DNA from: an uncultured Gemmatimonadales bacterium
GTDB taxonomy: Bacteria > Gemmatimonadota > Gemmatimonadetes > Longimicrobiales > RSA9
NCBI GenBank assembly: GCA_963798845.1
Contig: CAWCUS010000006.1
Location: 192,001-256,000, forward strand
Direction of reading: 5' to 3'
Length of the DNA: 64,000 nucleotides
Shown here: positions 63,040 to 64,000 of the stretch, piece by piece
How the letters are laid out: each line of letters starts with the position of its first letter
Numbering within the stretch: position 1 is the first letter of the stretch
Notes under the pieces: generated by a model
Database searches by the model: none
Told to the model about the DNA's origin: nothing
Seen by the model: only the letters and a program-made list of their open reading frames with translations
Translations under genes and position numbers: made by a program

Positions 63040-63822
63040 ATGCATCTGAGGCGACGTCGCAGAGCAGAGGCCCGTCCGCGCACCGGTCTGATCGACGACA
63101 TCGAGAAGCTGCTGAAGCGGGCGCTGTTCGTGCCCCTGCTCATCCCGTTGCTCCTCTTTGGCGGCTGGGGGCTGGGCAAGGTGACGGCCCGCGGTGTCTC
63201 GCTGCCGACCGACATGCCGGTGCTCATCGCGGCGGCAGCCCATACCCCGCGTGTGCAGCTGGAAGCACTCAGCCAGCACATGGGCGCGGTCCGCGATGAG
63301 GGGCAGAACACGGAAGAGTACGTCCGGCTGTACCAGACTCACGTGCGCCCGGTGGAGAACTCTCTCGCCCGGCGGGGCGTTCCGTCCGAGCTTGCCCGGC
63401 GCGTGGCGTGGCCGCTCGTCCAGCACGCCTACGAGCGAGGTCTCGATCCCGCCACGGTGGCGGCGGTTGTCCTGGTGGAGTCCCGGGGCCGGCCGAAAGC
63501 CACCAGCTTCGTGGGCGCGCGCGGGCTGATGCAGGTCATGCCCGTTCACGAGGGTCGCTGGCGCGGGTGCGGCGCCAACATGTACGACATCGAGACCAAC
63601 CTCTGCTACGGCACCAGCATCCTGTCCTGGCTGCTGCAGCGCTACGGGGGCGACGAGCGGCGCGCCCTCCTGGCGTACAACGGCTGCGTCCGCGGGACCA
63701 ACACGCCGAACTGCGGCACCTACCCGTCCAAAGTCCGCCAGGTGAGGGACCGCCTGCGTCGCGAGTGGAACCGCACGCCCGCCGGGCTCCCCACCGGCGT
63801 GGGCGTGGCCGCATCGCGCTGA
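63040..63822 (+). CDS. Membrane-anchored lytic transglycosylase (SLT domain)
   Basis: TM anchor; VLVES.G.P.A.S.VGARGLMQVMP, NLCYGT.IL, ALLAYNG. Confidence 0.88.
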   Translation: MHLRRRRRAEARPRTGLIDDIEKLLKRALFVPLLIPLLLFGGWGLGKVTARGVSLPTDMPVLIAAAAHTPRVQLEALSQHMGAVRDEGQNTEEYVRLYQTHVRPVENSLARRGVPSELARRVAWPLVQHAYERGLDPATVAAVVLVESRGRPKATSFVGARGLMQVMPVHEGRWRGCGANMYDIETNLCYGTSILSWLLQRYGGDERRALLAYNGCVRGTNTPNCGTYPSKVRQVRDRLRREWNRTPAGLPTGVGVAASR

Positions 63823-63903
63823 CGGGACCAGCGACCCGGGCGCACCCGCCACGGGTGACGCCCGGGTCCCGGTCCGGCCGCCGCGTCGCCCGCCAGCCGC
63901 TCG

Positions 63904-64000
63904 CTATTTGACCAGCTCGTCCCAGAGATAGGCCGCCGAGTGCGTCCCTCGCTCGAACGCCCGCACGGCGAACCACTCGTCCGGGGCGTGGGCGTTCTCT
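63904..64000 (-). CDS. C-terminal end of an M20/M25/M40 family dipeptidase (runs in from window end)
   Basis: Hand translation ENAHAPDEWFAVRAFERGTHSAAYLWDELVK*; the ENAHAPxE motif is typical of M20 peptidases. Confidence 0.7.
   Translation of the reverse strand, partial: ENAHAPDEWFAVRAFERGTHSAAYLWDELVK

Overview
High-GC (about 70% by eye) bacterial chromosomal segment. Gene content and style suggest Gemmatimonadota (inference only). It is mostly core or housekeeping DNA: rsgA (partial), two short sigma-70 factors, pckA-maeB, an RND efflux trio, ssb, polA, csp, an opp/dpp ABC operon, a dispersed glycine-cleavage set (lipM-like, gcvP, gcvH), msrA, acyl-CoA dehydrogenases, a GroES paralogue and hslO. 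I found no rRNA, tRNA, transposase, integrase, phage gene or CRISPR-Cas. The best candidate for an undescribed system is a compact operon (Omp85 protein, methyltransferase, FAD oxidoreductase, SRPBCC cyclase, single FabF-like ketosynthase, then DUF4126). It resembles the type III PKS aromatic-lipid cassette, with the type III PKS replaced by a ketosynthase plus cyclase. Four genes carry the same +1 frameshift (GATG->GAATG, always on the + strand), which suggests a motif-specific sequencing artefact, possibly the footprint of a DNA modification. Two hairpin-forming intergenic tandem arrays (61-bp and 25-bp units) bracket the block between gcvP and gcvH. Other oddities are a tail-less SSB alongside a DDLPF-tailed DUF3127 protein, a stand-alone HisKA protein, a stand-alone TonB plug lipoprotein, a monocistronic exbB/tolQ, and a LexA-like box over a sigma-factor promoter. 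All calls come from reading motifs by eye; no database search was run.
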